Part shown: positions 1 to 9,874 of the stretch, piece after piece | How positions within the stretch are numbered: the first letter of the stretch is position 1 | How the letters are laid out: every line of letters starts with the position of its first letter | NCBI GenBank assembly: GCA_965116925.1 | Contig: OZ220744.1 | Span: 3,296,001-3,360,000 of the forward strand | Direction of reading: 5' to 3' | Length of the DNA stretch: 64,000 bases | From: Candidatus Poribacteria bacterium | GTDB lineage: Bacteria > Poribacteria > WGA-4E > PCPOR2b | Notes under the pieces: model-generated | What the model saw: the letters and a program-made list of their open reading frames with translations, nothing else | What the model was told of the DNA's origin: nothing | The model's database searches: none | Program-made: the position numbers and the translations under genes

Positions 1-146
1 CGCACTTCAGATTGTAGTTGCCCGATGAATCGGGCATCAAGGGGCATGTTCAGACTCCACACCTATCGTAGGCGGGGCATCTAGTTTCCCCCCATTGGTT
101 CTGAAGCATTGAACTACAAACCTCATCGTTCAACTGCGTAAGTCCC
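1..146. mobile_element. MITE-like element, family D (AGGACTTACGCA...TGCGTAAGTCC termini), left-truncated
   Basis: Ends in CGTTCAACTGCGTAAGTCC and is similar along its length to the complete copy at 48446-48599; contains GTAG hairpins. Confidence 0.65.
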
Positions 147-216
147 GTAAAATATTAAAAACAAATCTGCCTAGACACAATAAAAGACACCTTATCTTTT
201 TGATAACTCAACTGCT

Positions 217-318
217 TATAGTGAATTCAAAAATAAAGAAACACTTGCGCCCCCCCGGTAGGTGCGGTTACAAACCGCACCGGTTTGGCGTGTCCCATTA
301 ATTCTAAAATCTACTATA
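217..318. mobile_element. MITE-like element, family A (TA-TAGTGAATT...TCTACTA-TA)
   Basis: Near-identical to 5371-5472; terminal inverted repeats, flanking TA, internal GTAGGTGCGGTT..AACCGCACC hairpin. Confidence 0.8.
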
Positions 319-343
319 ATTGTTCATTGGAAGGATACACAAT

Positions 344-3300
344 ATGACAACATCCGAATTTGTTCATCTGCACAACCATAGTGAATACAGTCTACTTGAT
401 GGTGCGTGTCGAATCCCTGACATGATTGAATGGGCGTATCAAAACAGTGCCCCCGCTGTCGCGCTCACAGACCACGGCAACATGTTCGGCGCATGGGAAT
501 TTTACAAGAAAGCAAAGGACAAAGGCGTCAACCCAATTGTCGGTTGTGAGGCGTATGTTGCCCCCGGCAGCCGTCGTGAGCGCGGAAAAAGTCAAGGCAG
601 CCCTTATCATCTAACGCTACTCGCTGAAGACGCGACCGGGTATAAAAACCTCATGAAACTGGGGTCAATTGCCTACCTTGAAGGCTTCTACTCAAGACCC
701 CGCATTGATATGGAAATTTTGCGCGAACACCGTGAGGGGATCATTGCCTTGACAGGGTGCATTCAAGGCTACGTGCCCGCGCTGCTTGCCTCGGATCAGC
801 GCGAAGGGGCGGTGAAAAACTTCCGGATGCTTCAAGACATCATGGGTAAAGATAACCTCTACGTTGAGGTTCAAAATCACGGCATCCCCGAAGAAGCGCG
901 TGCCTACCCAGTGATGGTTGAGCTTGCCAAGGAACACAACCTACCAATTGTTGGAACAAATGATTGCCATTACCTCAATAGCACCGACCACACAATGCAC
1001 GATGTGCTGTTATGTATTCAGATGAAGCGTGCGGTGAAGGAAGAAGACCGCATGAGGTTCCTGAATCAGTTCTACTTCAAGAACAATGATGAGATGCATA
1101 AAGCCTTGGCGGAATTCCCGCCAGAGGCGATTGCCAATACACTTGAGATTGCCAACCGCTGTCAACTGCAACTCGATTACGGTGAACACATCATGCCGAA
1201 ATACGATGTTCCTGAAGGCTATACGGCGGATTCATATCTCAGTAAACTGTGCTATGACGCGCTCCGTCAAAAATATGGCGAACTTTCGACGGAGATGAAG
1301 GAACGACTTGACTATGAACTGGACATTATTCAGAAGACCGGCTATGCGGGTTACCTACTAATTGTGTGGGATTATGTCAATTTCGCCCGTGAACGCGGGT
1401 TCCCGCTCAACGCACGGGGTTCAGCAGGTGGAAGCCTAGCACTTTTTGCACTCGGTGTTACGACGTTTGAACCGATGAAATATGACTGTATGTTCGAGCG
1501 GTTCCTGAACCTGGATCGTATCAGTATGCCCGATATTGACATCGACTTTGGAGATGAACATCGCAAGATTGTCATTGACTACCTGACCGAGAAGTATGGG
1601 GCGGAGTGCGTTGGACAGGTGGCAACATTCAGCACCTTCGGTGCGAAGGCCGCTGTCGCTGATGTTGGTAGGGCACTCGATGTGCCCGTGCAGGATGTTC
1701 GCCGAGTCACGCAACTCGTTCCTACCATTCCCGGTGTGACGCTTGATGAGTCGTTAGAGGAGGTGCCACAACTTAAAGAGGTCGCCGAAGCGCAAGAAAA
1801 CCGCGAGATGATGGGCATCGCCAAATCGATTGAGGGCATGAAGCGGCACGTCTCCATCCATGCGTGCGGGGTTGTACTGTCGAACGGTCCGCTGACCGAT
1901 TATGTCCCACTCTTCAAGGATAAGCATGACCGTATTGCAACACAATTTGATCTTAAAATGCTTGAAGATGTCGGCATGGTCAAATTCGACTTCCTCGGGC
2001 TGCGCACCTTGAGCGAGGTTTACGACTGCCTTGCGCGGATTAAGACAAATCACGGCGTCGATCTCTCGCTTGAGGAGATCCCATTCGATGACGAAAAGAC
2101 GTATGGGCTTATCAGCCACGGTCTCGTCGGCGGACTCTTTCAGTTAGAAACCTCGCCAGGGATGCGTCGCGTCATCATGCAAATTAAACCGGACAACTTT
2201 GAAGACTTCATACCCATTCCCGCGCTCTACCGCCCCGGTCCCCTCGACAGTGGGATGATGGACAGTTTCATCCGTAGAAAACTGAAGGTTGAAAAGGTGC
2301 AATATCTCCATCCGACCCTCGAAGATGCGCTGAAGAACACCTACGGGGTGTGTATCTATCAGGAACAGGTGATGCAGATCGCACGAGACATGGCTAACTT
2401 CACGCTGGGTGAGGCGGATGTTCTCCGCGATGCGATGGGCAAGAAAAAAATGGATGTCCTCATGATGCAGCGCGAAAAATTCATCGAAGGTGCGGTAGCC
2501 AATAACATCAAGGCGGAAGATGCTGAAAAAGTTTTCACGTACCTCGAACCCTTCGGTCGATACGCTTTTAACCGATCCCACACCGTTGCGTATGCAATTC
2601 TCTCCTATCAGACCGCTTATCTCAAGACGCACTATCCCCGTGAGTTTATGGCGTCGATGATGACCGGCGAATCTGCCGACAGCGACAAAATCAGAAAATA
2701 TATCGCTGAGTGTAGCGGACTGTCGGAATACCTCGAAACGCCAATCCAAGTCTTGCCACCGGACATTAGCAGCAGTAGCAAAGATTTTACCGTCGTTGGC
2801 GACGACATCCGCTTCGGACTTGCCGCAGTCAAAAATGTCAGCGAAATCGCGCTTGAGGCAATCGTCGAAGCACGGGAGCAGGGAGGCTCATTCAAATCGC
2901 TCCAAGACTTCTGTGAGCGGGTTGATACGAAAGTAGTCAATAAACGAGCGATTGAAAGTCTGATTATGGCAGGAGCATTTGATGCACTTGATGGGCATCG
3001 GGCGCAACAACTTGCAAGCCTTGAGCAGACCATGAAGGTGGCTCAAAGTACCCAGCAAGACCGGGAAAAGGGACAAATGGGGCTTTTCGGCGCAGTTGAA
3101 GAGATGCCGATGACACAGATCGAACTGGTTGATGCAGCAGAATGGTCACATGCCGATATATTGAAGAATGAAAAAGAACAACTCGGTTTCTATCTTTCTG
3201 GACACCCGCTGGAGCAGTATGGGGACATTATGAAATACTATACGACTGTTACTTCCCAAACGCTTGGCGAGCCCCCAAGCGGGACGGAGGTATATGCCGC

Positions 3301-3871
3301 CGGTCAGCTTGTTTCCCTCCGTCTTACAAAGACGAAGAAGGGGGATCCAATGGCAATTCTCGTTGTTGAGGACTTGGAGGGAACTACCGATGTTGTTGTG
3401 TTCCCGGAAGCCTACAAGGCTTCGCGTGATGCAATAGAGGAGGACGCGGTAGTCTGGATCCGGGGGAATGTCAGTGAAAATCGACGGAGAAATGGCGGAG
3501 GTGATGACGAAATAGAGGAGGACACCCATCAGATTCAGGCAGAAGAGATTTTATCCATTGATGCGGTCGTCGAGCGATTGACTTCAGCGGTCGAAGTCAC
3601 AATCCCTGAAAGCGATGCGGCTAATCAAGAAAAACTGGATGAACTGCAGAATATCTGCGTCCGTGCGAAGGGCGACCACGATCTCATCCTACGCCTGCTT
3701 ACTCCCAAATATGGTGAGGTGATTGCACAGTGCAGCGCACGCTACAATATTTCATATCCATCTCAAACGGTGTCGGAAATTGAAGCACTCTTCGGCAGCG
3801 ACTCCGTTAAGCCGAGTAATCGCACTACCCGTGTTGGAGAGAAACCCACGTCTGTAATGAGTTATGTCTGA
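344..3871 (+). CDS. dnaE: DNA polymerase III alpha subunit
   Basis: PHP motifs HLHNHSEYSLLDG, TDHG and NDCHY; catalytic MPDIDIDF; KFDFLGL; YAFNRSH; C-terminal OB fold. ATG at 344 preferred over TTG at 320. Confidence 0.97.
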   Translation: MTTSEFVHLHNHSEYSLLDGACRIPDMIEWAYQNSAPAVALTDHGNMFGAWEFYKKAKDKGVNPIVGCEAYVAPGSRRERGKSQGSPYHLTLLAEDATGYKNLMKLGSIAYLEGFYSRPRIDMEILREHREGIIALTGCIQGYVPALLASDQREGAVKNFRMLQDIMGKDNLYVEVQNHGIPEEARAYPVMVELAKEHNLPIVGTNDCHYLNSTDHTMHDVLLCIQMKRAVKEEDRMRFLNQFYFKNNDEMHKALAEFPPEAIANTLEIANRCQLQLDYGEHIMPKYDVPEGYTADSYLSKLCYDALRQKYGELSTEMKERLDYELDIIQKTGYAGYLLIVWDYVNFARERGFPLNARGSAGGSLALFALGVTTFEPMKYDCMFERFLNLDRISMPDIDIDFGDEHRKIVIDYLTEKYGAECVGQVATFSTFGAKAAVADVGRALDVPVQDVRRVTQLVPTIPGVTLDESLEEVPQLKEVAEAQENREMMGIAKSIEGMKRHVSIHACGVVLSNGPLTDYVPLFKDKHDRIATQFDLKMLEDVGMVKFDFLGLRTLSEVYDCLARIKTNHGVDLSLEEIPFDDEKTYGLISHGLVGGLFQLETSPGMRRVIMQIKPDNFEDFIPIPALYRPGPLDSGMMDSFIRRKLKVEKVQYLHPTLEDALKNTYGVCIYQEQVMQIARDMANFTLGEADVLRDAMGKKKMDVLMMQREKFIEGAVANNIKAEDAEKVFTYLEPFGRYAFNRSHTVAYAILSYQTAYLKTHYPREFMASMMTGESADSDKIRKYIAECSGLSEYLETPIQVLPPDISSSSKDFTVVGDDIRFGLAAVKNVSEIALEAIVEAREQGGSFKSLQDFCERVDTKVVNKRAIESLIMAGAFDALDGHRAQQLASLEQTMKVAQSTQQDREKGQMGLFGAVEEMPMTQIELVDAAEWSHADILKNEKEQLGFYLSGHPLEQYGDIMKYYTTVTSQTLGEPPSGTEVYAAGQLVSLRLTKTKKGDPMAILVVEDLEGTTDVVVFPEAYKASRDAIEEDAVVWIRGNVSENRRRNGGGDDEIEEDTHQIQAEEILSIDAVVERLTSAVEVTIPESDAANQEKLDELQNICVRAKGDHDLILRLLTPKYGEVIAQCSARYNISYPSQTVSEIEALFGSDSVKPSNRTTRVGEKPTSVMSYV

Positions 3872-3877
3872 TAGATT

Positions 3878-4020
3878 TAGGACTTACCCAGCTAACCGTA
3901 GGTGGGGCATCTAGTTTCCCCGCACCATTTAAGGCTTACCCAGCTAACCGTAGACGGGGCATCTTGCCCCGCACTATCTATGCGGGACATTTGGTCCCGT
4001 GCTGAAATGCGTAAGTCCTG
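3878..4020. mobile_element. MITE-like element, family D
   Basis: TAGGACTTACCCA...TGCGTAAGTCCTG inverted termini enclosing tandem GTAG..GGGGCA..CCCCGC hairpins. Confidence 0.7.
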
Positions 4021-4173
4021 AGATTGTTACCGTGTGAAAGCTGTATCGAGCTTCTTACACATGCTGCCAAAAGTGATTAATATCAAAAAATCGTGCATCG
4101 AGTGCATGAGTTCGCTCGTTGATTAATGAACCAATATACTAATGAACCAATAAACCAACGGACTAATCAACCA

Positions 4174-5031
4174 ATGGCTGTCGTTCCAAGAATCATCGAA
4201 GAAGAACTGCGTTTCAAATTCTATAACGGAGAAGCATTTTTCCTCGCCTACAATAAGGGTTACACCCAATACGGCGATATGTACAAATCGCGTCCTGATT
4301 TCTATCCCGTTTATTCTCCAAGCGGACGCGAAGTGACATCTACCTGCGCCTACCGTTATAATCATCACAAATCAATTTTCATCGGTCATGCGGACGTGAA
4401 TGGCATTAACTTCTTCCATGACAACAATCCAACCCGATCTGACCTCGGTGACATTGTCTTGGAAAAGAGCCAGCATGAGATTGATGAGAGCGGGATTCAC
4501 GTTATGACACATAACGGTTGGATAACGAAGGCGGGGGTTCGTCTGTTGGATGAGGAGCGCAACTTCACAGTTATTCCCGATGAGGCGGCACATATCATTG
4601 ACTTGACAAGCACACTGATTGCTAGCCAAACGGATCTGACGTTTGCACAAGATAACCACGCATTTCTCGGTGTGCGTGTTGCCGATACGATGGACGTGGA
4701 AGATGGAGGGACAATCCTCAACGCCAATGACCAACGCAACGAGGAAGAGGCGATGGGACAGGCCGCCGATTGGACAGACTACAGCGGAGTTGTTGCCGGT
4801 AAAACAGTCGGTGTTACATTGATGAATCACCCATCGAATCCGCCTGCGGCATTCTTCACACGGAATTACGGCACATTTTTAACCAACTTTACTTTGCTAG
4901 ACCGATACCAACTGTCCCGTGATCAACGCTTGACACAACGGTTTCGTATTCTCATCCACGAGGGCGATGCGGTTGAAGCCAACGTTAAGGCGTACTACAA
5001 TCAGTTCGTTGAAACGCCACCACGTTGGTAA
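4174..5031 (+). CDS. PmoA-like/DUF6807-type beta-sandwich protein
   Basis: RPDFYPVYSPSG, HHKSIFIGH, WTDYSG and NHPSN motifs; the ORF-track N-terminal extension is translated octamer repeat. Confidence 0.65.
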   Translation: MAVVPRIIEEELRFKFYNGEAFFLAYNKGYTQYGDMYKSRPDFYPVYSPSGREVTSTCAYRYNHHKSIFIGHADVNGINFFHDNNPTRSDLGDIVLEKSQHEIDESGIHVMTHNGWITKAGVRLLDEERNFTVIPDEAAHIIDLTSTLIASQTDLTFAQDNHAFLGVRVADTMDVEDGGTILNANDQRNEEEAMGQAADWTDYSGVVAGKTVGVTLMNHPSNPPAAFFTRNYGTFLTNFTLLDRYQLSRDQRLTQRFRILIHEGDAVEANVKAYYNQFVETPPRW

Positions 5032-5037
5032 GCGGTC

Positions 5038-5161
5038 TTTTGTACCACAATCTGTTAGATTGTGATCCGAGCCCGCAAACTAACAGTTCGCGCTACTTAT
5101 GGCAGATTGCCCGATGATTATAGCGTTTGCCGAATTAGCAACAGCAAAATGTCAACACGCC
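5038..5161. repeat. Dispersed repeat, family C (TTTTGTACCAC.ATCTGTTAGATTGTGATCC...)
   Basis: Near-identical copy at 44131-44254 and a partial copy near 7521-7552. Confidence 0.75.
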
Positions 5162-5280
5162 CTAGTACACTGTCAGGCAAATTATGATTGTCTATATGGA
5201 TTGAGACTCATAATACTTCGTAGGGGTCGGGTCACCCGACCCCCTTGTTGATATGCAAAACTTATATGACTGAGTACTAG
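5162..5280. mobile_element. 119-bp CTAG-bounded MITE, family B
   Basis: CTAGTACACTGTCA...TGACTGAGTACTAG; near-identical copies at 20111, 44255 and 61477. Confidence 0.85.
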
Positions 5281-5370
5281 GCATTGAAAGTCCATCGTTT
5301 TTCAAGTTGAATTACCCGACTCCTTGCTCTAGCGGAGTGCAATAGAATTGTTTCAGCAAACCAATGAACT

Positions 5371-5472
5371 TATAGTGAATTCAAAAAATAAAGAAACACT
5401 TGCGCCCCCCGGTAGGTGCGGTTACAAACCGCACCGGTTTGGCGTGTCCCATTAATTCTAAAATCTACTATA
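5371..5472. mobile_element. MITE-like element, family A
   Basis: Near-identical to 217-318. Confidence 0.8.
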
Positions 5473-5478
5473 ATAACC

Positions 5479-6453
5479 ATGCCTCTAGAAACTCAAGTAC
5501 AGCAGTTTAAGGAAAACTTCAACCGAGTGGAGGCAGAGATCCACAAGCGCATCGTTGGGCAGGATGAGGTCATTGAAGGCGTGTTACTCTGCCTCTTTGC
5601 CAACGGGCACGCGCTCCTCGAAGGCGTACCCGGCTTAGGTAAAACACAGTTGATTCATACCCTGAGCGAGGCACTTAGTTTGTCGTTCAACCGGATCCAG
5701 TTTACGCCCGACATGATGCCTTCGGACATCACAGGGACAATGCTCCTCGTTGAAGATAACCAAGGGCGGAAGCAGTTTGAATTTCAGCAGGGTCCCATAT
5801 TTGCACAGATTATCCTTGCAGACGAAATTAACCGGGCGACACCCCGTACACAATCTGCCCTGCTAGAGGCGATGCAGGAACGTACCGTGAGCGTGGCACG
5901 GACAAGTTATAAACTGGAAGAGCCTTTTTGTGTCCTTGCAACTCAGAATCCTATTGAGATGGACGGCACGTACCGCTTGCCAGAAGCGCAACTGGATCGA
6001 TTTCTGTTCAAACTCCAGATTACCTTTCCGGGCGAAGCTGAGCTTGGTGAGATCCTGCGACGAACAACATCGGAGGCGGAGACCTCTGTTGAGAAGATTA
6101 GTGATGCAGAGACAATTCAGTCAATGCGCCAGCTCGTCCGGGGTGTACTGATCGCCGAACATGTGGAACGCTATATCATTCAGCTCATCCGTGCGACACA
6201 TCCAGATAATTCCAACAGTCCAGAGATGACAAGGCAGTATGTTGAATTGGGTGCAAGTATTCGTGGGCTGCAAGCGATTACATTGACGGCGAAGATCAAA
6301 GCATTACTGGATGGGCGTTACAATGTTGCTTTTGAAGACGTGCAATCGGTTGCACTGCCAGCCTTACGCCACCGCATTATTTTGAACTTTGAAGGCGAAG
6401 GGGAGGGCATCCAAACCGATGATATTATTAAAAATATACTCAACTCCTTATAA
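5479..6453 (+). CDS. MoxR-family AAA+ ATPase
   Basis: LLEGVPGLGKT, RIQFTPD, LADEINRA, ATQNPIE and LPEAQLDRF motifs. Confidence 0.92.
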   Translation: MPLETQVQQFKENFNRVEAEIHKRIVGQDEVIEGVLLCLFANGHALLEGVPGLGKTQLIHTLSEALSLSFNRIQFTPDMMPSDITGTMLLVEDNQGRKQFEFQQGPIFAQIILADEINRATPRTQSALLEAMQERTVSVARTSYKLEEPFCVLATQNPIEMDGTYRLPEAQLDRFLFKLQITFPGEAELGEILRRTTSEAETSVEKISDAETIQSMRQLVRGVLIAEHVERYIIQLIRATHPDNSNSPEMTRQYVELGASIRGLQAITLTAKIKALLDGRYNVAFEDVQSVALPALRHRIILNFEGEGEGIQTDDIIKNILNSL

Positions 6454-6509
6454 CTCGTCGAAGTTTGACGTTTTTCTTACATTTTACCTATTACTTCTGA
6501 CATCTATCT

Positions 6510-7358
6510 ATGTGGTACTTATTTGAAGAATCATTTTCCAATATTCGACACGGCGGTTTTGTTAGTTTCCTAAGTATCGTAATTATCACCCTGACGGTCA
6601 CAATCGGAAGCGCGCTGATCCTAATTAGCAACTATCTACGCGGGGAAATTGAAGATCTCAAAGACAAACCTGCGATGATTGTCTTTCTTAAAGACAGTGT
6701 GGGGGAGTCCCAAGGGCGGGAATTTCGCAGCCAAATTGAGAAGATCGATTGGGCTGCAACAGTGACTTATGTTTCTAAAGAGGAAGCCCTGGTCCGAGGT
6801 GAGGAGATGTTCGGTGAATTTGGAAAAACACTCACAGAGGGATTTGCAGATAGCAATCCATTCCCTGCCTCACTAGAGATTTATATCACAGAGACGTTAT
6901 TACCTTCGGAAAAGTTGTTGCAGCATGTTTCTCAGATTCGGTCCTTTAGCCAAGTGGAGGACGTCAAATATGAGCAGGAAACCTCTGAATTTATCCGCAA
7001 GGTCGAGACGGTACTTCTGGGTTTAGGCGGATTGATGGGCGGTGCTTCGGTAATTATCGTATGCTTTTCAATTATGTTGACCGCCTATTTTCGCCGCGAG
7101 GAGATCCGGGTCATGAGATTGGTTGGGGCAACCTACTGGTATATCCGGGTTCCACTTATCGCCCAAGGGGTGTTTCTAGGGTTTATCGGGAGTTTAACTG
7201 GAATAGTTAGTTTTTACACGCTGTTTCGCATATTCGTCCCACGAATTAGCGAGATACAGTTCATTCCCTTAGATCAGCTCGGCCTGATTCTACTCGGAGG
7301 GGTTCTGCTTGGATTACTCGGCAGCATCGCACCGATACGGAGATATGTAAACGTTTAG
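6510..7358 (+). CDS. ftsX: FtsX-like cell-division permease
   Basis: 4-TM layout with YVSKEEAL, NPFPASLEI and RREEIRVMRLVGAT. Confidence 0.8.
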   Translation: MWYLFEESFSNIRHGGFVSFLSIVIITLTVTIGSALILISNYLRGEIEDLKDKPAMIVFLKDSVGESQGREFRSQIEKIDWAATVTYVSKEEALVRGEEMFGEFGKTLTEGFADSNPFPASLEIYITETLLPSEKLLQHVSQIRSFSQVEDVKYEQETSEFIRKVETVLLGLGGLMGGASVIIVCFSIMLTAYFRREEIRVMRLVGATYWYIRVPLIAQGVFLGFIGSLTGIVSFYTLFRIFVPRISEIQFIPLDQLGLILLGGVLLGLLGSIAPIRRYVNV

Positions 7359-7704
7359 GAGCCCAAGTTTGGGATATGAACCAATCGTGCTAGTATAGTT
7401 GGGGTGTGTACATAATTATTGTCTGAATCAGGATTTTCAGATTTCTGTAGGTCGATTTTCCAAAATCAACATCCCCTAGCACATCGCACAATATTCCGTG
7501 TATTCCGTGGCGCGACACGTTTTTTGTACCACGATCTGTTAGATTGTGATCCCAGTCCCGTTCCGAGGACTCGATAAATCGGGATTTGGCGTGTCTCATT
7601 AATTCTAAAATCCACTATAGTTGTAAAGATGTTGCTAACACCAGTCGCCCTCTATCCACTCCAAAAGATAAGAACCCGATTTGAGAACAGAGGAGGCATA
7701 GCAG

Positions 7705-8676
7705 ATGCAACGAGGGAACAATCTCACACCTTTGATTTTATCTGTCGTTGTCGTGTTAGGGCTAACACCGTTGATGGTATCCGTTGACGCACAGGCACGG
7801 ATTGCCTTTGAATCTGATAGGGATGGGCACATTAAAAACAACTTTTTCGCTTATGAAATCTACGTGATGGACACCGATGGGGGGAATCAGCGAAATCTCA
7901 CTAATAATCCCAATGATGATAGGTCCCCCTCATGGTCTCCGGATGGCAAACACATTGTCTTCATGTCGAAGAGGGGTGGAGACTTTGACATCTACGTGAT
8001 GGACACCGATGGCGGTAACCAGCGAAACCTCACCAAGCATCCCGATAACGACTCGCATCCCGTATGGTCTCCCGACGGTAAACGAATTGCCTTCGGGCGG
8101 CACGGGGCAATCTTCGTGATGGATGCCGATGGGGATAATCAACAAAACCTCACTGAAAATCGCACGAGTGGCCAGGATCCCTCATGGTCTCCGGACAGCA
8201 AACACATTGTCTTCATGTCTAATAGGGCGGGGGACCTGGATATCTTGGTGATAGACGCCGACGGGGGCAATCAGCGAAATCTCACCGAAAATAATGCCCG
8301 TTTTGACCAGGATCCCTCATGGTCTCCGGACGGTAAATACATTGCTTTTACTTCCTGGAGGAATGGGGTAGGCGGAAACAAAGACATCTATGTGATGGAC
8401 GCCGATGGGAGCAATGAGCGAAACCTCACCAAGCATCCCGATAACGACTGGCATCCCGTATGGTCGCCCGACAGCAAACGGATTGCCTTCGTGTCGAATA
8501 GAACTAAGGATTTGAATCGGGACATCTTCGTGATGGACGCCGATGGGAGTAATCCTCAAAACCTCACCAATCATCCCAATGATGACGAAAATCCGGCATG
8601 GTATAACCCTGTGCTTTCAGTTGCTCCTGCCGGTAAAACCCTCACAATATGGGGACGGCTCAAGGGGGTTGACTGA
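7705..8676 (+). CDS. Secreted TolB-like PD40 beta-propeller protein
   Basis: Signal peptide; repeated IYVMD.DG.N.RNLT / PSWSPDGK.IAF units; AGGAGG RBS. Confidence 0.9.
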   Translation: MQRGNNLTPLILSVVVVLGLTPLMVSVDAQARIAFESDRDGHIKNNFFAYEIYVMDTDGGNQRNLTNNPNDDRSPSWSPDGKHIVFMSKRGGDFDIYVMDTDGGNQRNLTKHPDNDSHPVWSPDGKRIAFGRHGAIFVMDADGDNQQNLTENRTSGQDPSWSPDSKHIVFMSNRAGDLDILVIDADGGNQRNLTENNARFDQDPSWSPDGKYIAFTSWRNGVGGNKDIYVMDADGSNERNLTKHPDNDWHPVWSPDSKRIAFVSNRTKDLNRDIFVMDADGSNPQNLTNHPNDDENPAWYNPVLSVAPAGKTLTIWGRLKGVD

Positions 8677-8746
8677 TAACTTCCACTATTCGGAGAACGG
8701 TGTTTAAGGATAAAAACCCGATTTGAGAACAGAGGAGGGATAATAG

Positions 8747-9775
8747 ATGCACCGGAGAACCAATCTCGCCCATATGATTTTAGCCGGCGTCATAGTCTTG
8801 GTGCTGACACCGCTGATGGCGGTCGTTGATGCACAAGCACAGATTGCGTTTGTGTCTGAGAGAGATGGGAACCCTGAAATCTACGTGATGGACACCGATG
8901 GGAACAATCAGCATAGACTCACCAATAATCCCGATAAGGACTATTCACCCTCTTGGTCCCCCAACGGCAAGCGCATTATCTTCATGTCTAATAGAGATGG
9001 GCACGCTCACTTTATACCCGGTTTGTTCACTTATGAAATCTACATTATGGATGCCGATGGGAGTAATCCACAAAATCTCACTAACAATCCCGCTGATGAT
9101 AGGTCTCCCTCATGGTCTCCTGACGGTAAACAGATTGTCTTTTCGTCTAATAGGGATGGCTTTAAAAACGCCGAGCGTGTAATTACTCATGAAATCTACG
9201 TTATGGATGTTGATGGGGGAAATCCTCAAAACCTCACTAACAATCTCAATAATGATTCTTCACCCTCATGGTCTCCTGACGGTAAACGGATTGTCTTTTC
9301 GTCTGTGAGGGATGGACACTTTGAAAACGAATTTGGAATCACCGATGAAATCTACGTTATGGATGCCGATGGTGGTAATCCTCAAAGACTCACTGAAAAT
9401 CCCAAGAATGACTGGGATCCCGTATGGTCCCCTGACGGTAAACGGATTGCCTTCGCGGCTGATAGGAAGGGAGACCTTGAAAACTTTGAAATCTACGCGA
9501 TGGATGCCAATGGGGAGAATGAACAAAGACTTACAGAAAATCGCAGTGATGACTGGTCTCCCTCATGGTCCCCCAACGGTGAACGGATTACCTTCAGGTC
9601 TGAGAGGGATGGAAACGGTGAAATCTACGTGATAGATGCCGATGGAGGCAATCCTCAAAACCTCTCCAATAATCCCCATAGTGACTTTGGTCCTGCTTGG
9701 TTGAACTCTCCGTTTTCGGTTTCTGCTGTGGGCAAAAAATTCATGATGTGGGGATGGCTCAAACAGGTTGATTGA
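8747..9775 (+). CDS. Secreted TolB-like PD40 beta-propeller protein (tandem paralogue)
   Basis: Same repeats; shares upstream and downstream flanking DNA with 7705-8676. Confidence 0.9.
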   Translation: MHRRTNLAHMILAGVIVLVLTPLMAVVDAQAQIAFVSERDGNPEIYVMDTDGNNQHRLTNNPDKDYSPSWSPNGKRIIFMSNRDGHAHFIPGLFTYEIYIMDADGSNPQNLTNNPADDRSPSWSPDGKQIVFSSNRDGFKNAERVITHEIYVMDVDGGNPQNLTNNLNNDSSPSWSPDGKRIVFSSVRDGHFENEFGITDEIYVMDADGGNPQRLTENPKNDWDPVWSPDGKRIAFAADRKGDLENFEIYAMDANGENEQRLTENRSDDWSPSWSPNGERITFRSERDGNGEIYVIDADGGNPQNLSNNPHSDFGPAWLNSPFSVSAVGKKFMMWGWLKQVD

Positions 9776-9874
9776 TAACTTCCACTATTCGGAGAACGGT
9801 GTTTAAGGATAAAAGAACGATAGACTGTCTAGCAGCTTGCGCTATACGAATACATCAGACTAGGAGAAACCTAA

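Noticed and set aside
344..3871. Possible intein or split in dnaE
   Set aside because: The length and motif order are those of an uninterrupted alpha subunit
5416..5478. ORF-track N-terminal extensions (also at 320, 4126, 13791, 21005, 35697, 44550, 50025, 50758 and 60656)
   Set aside because: They run through repeats, promoters or upstream genes; downstream ATGs fit family N-termini or RBS positions better
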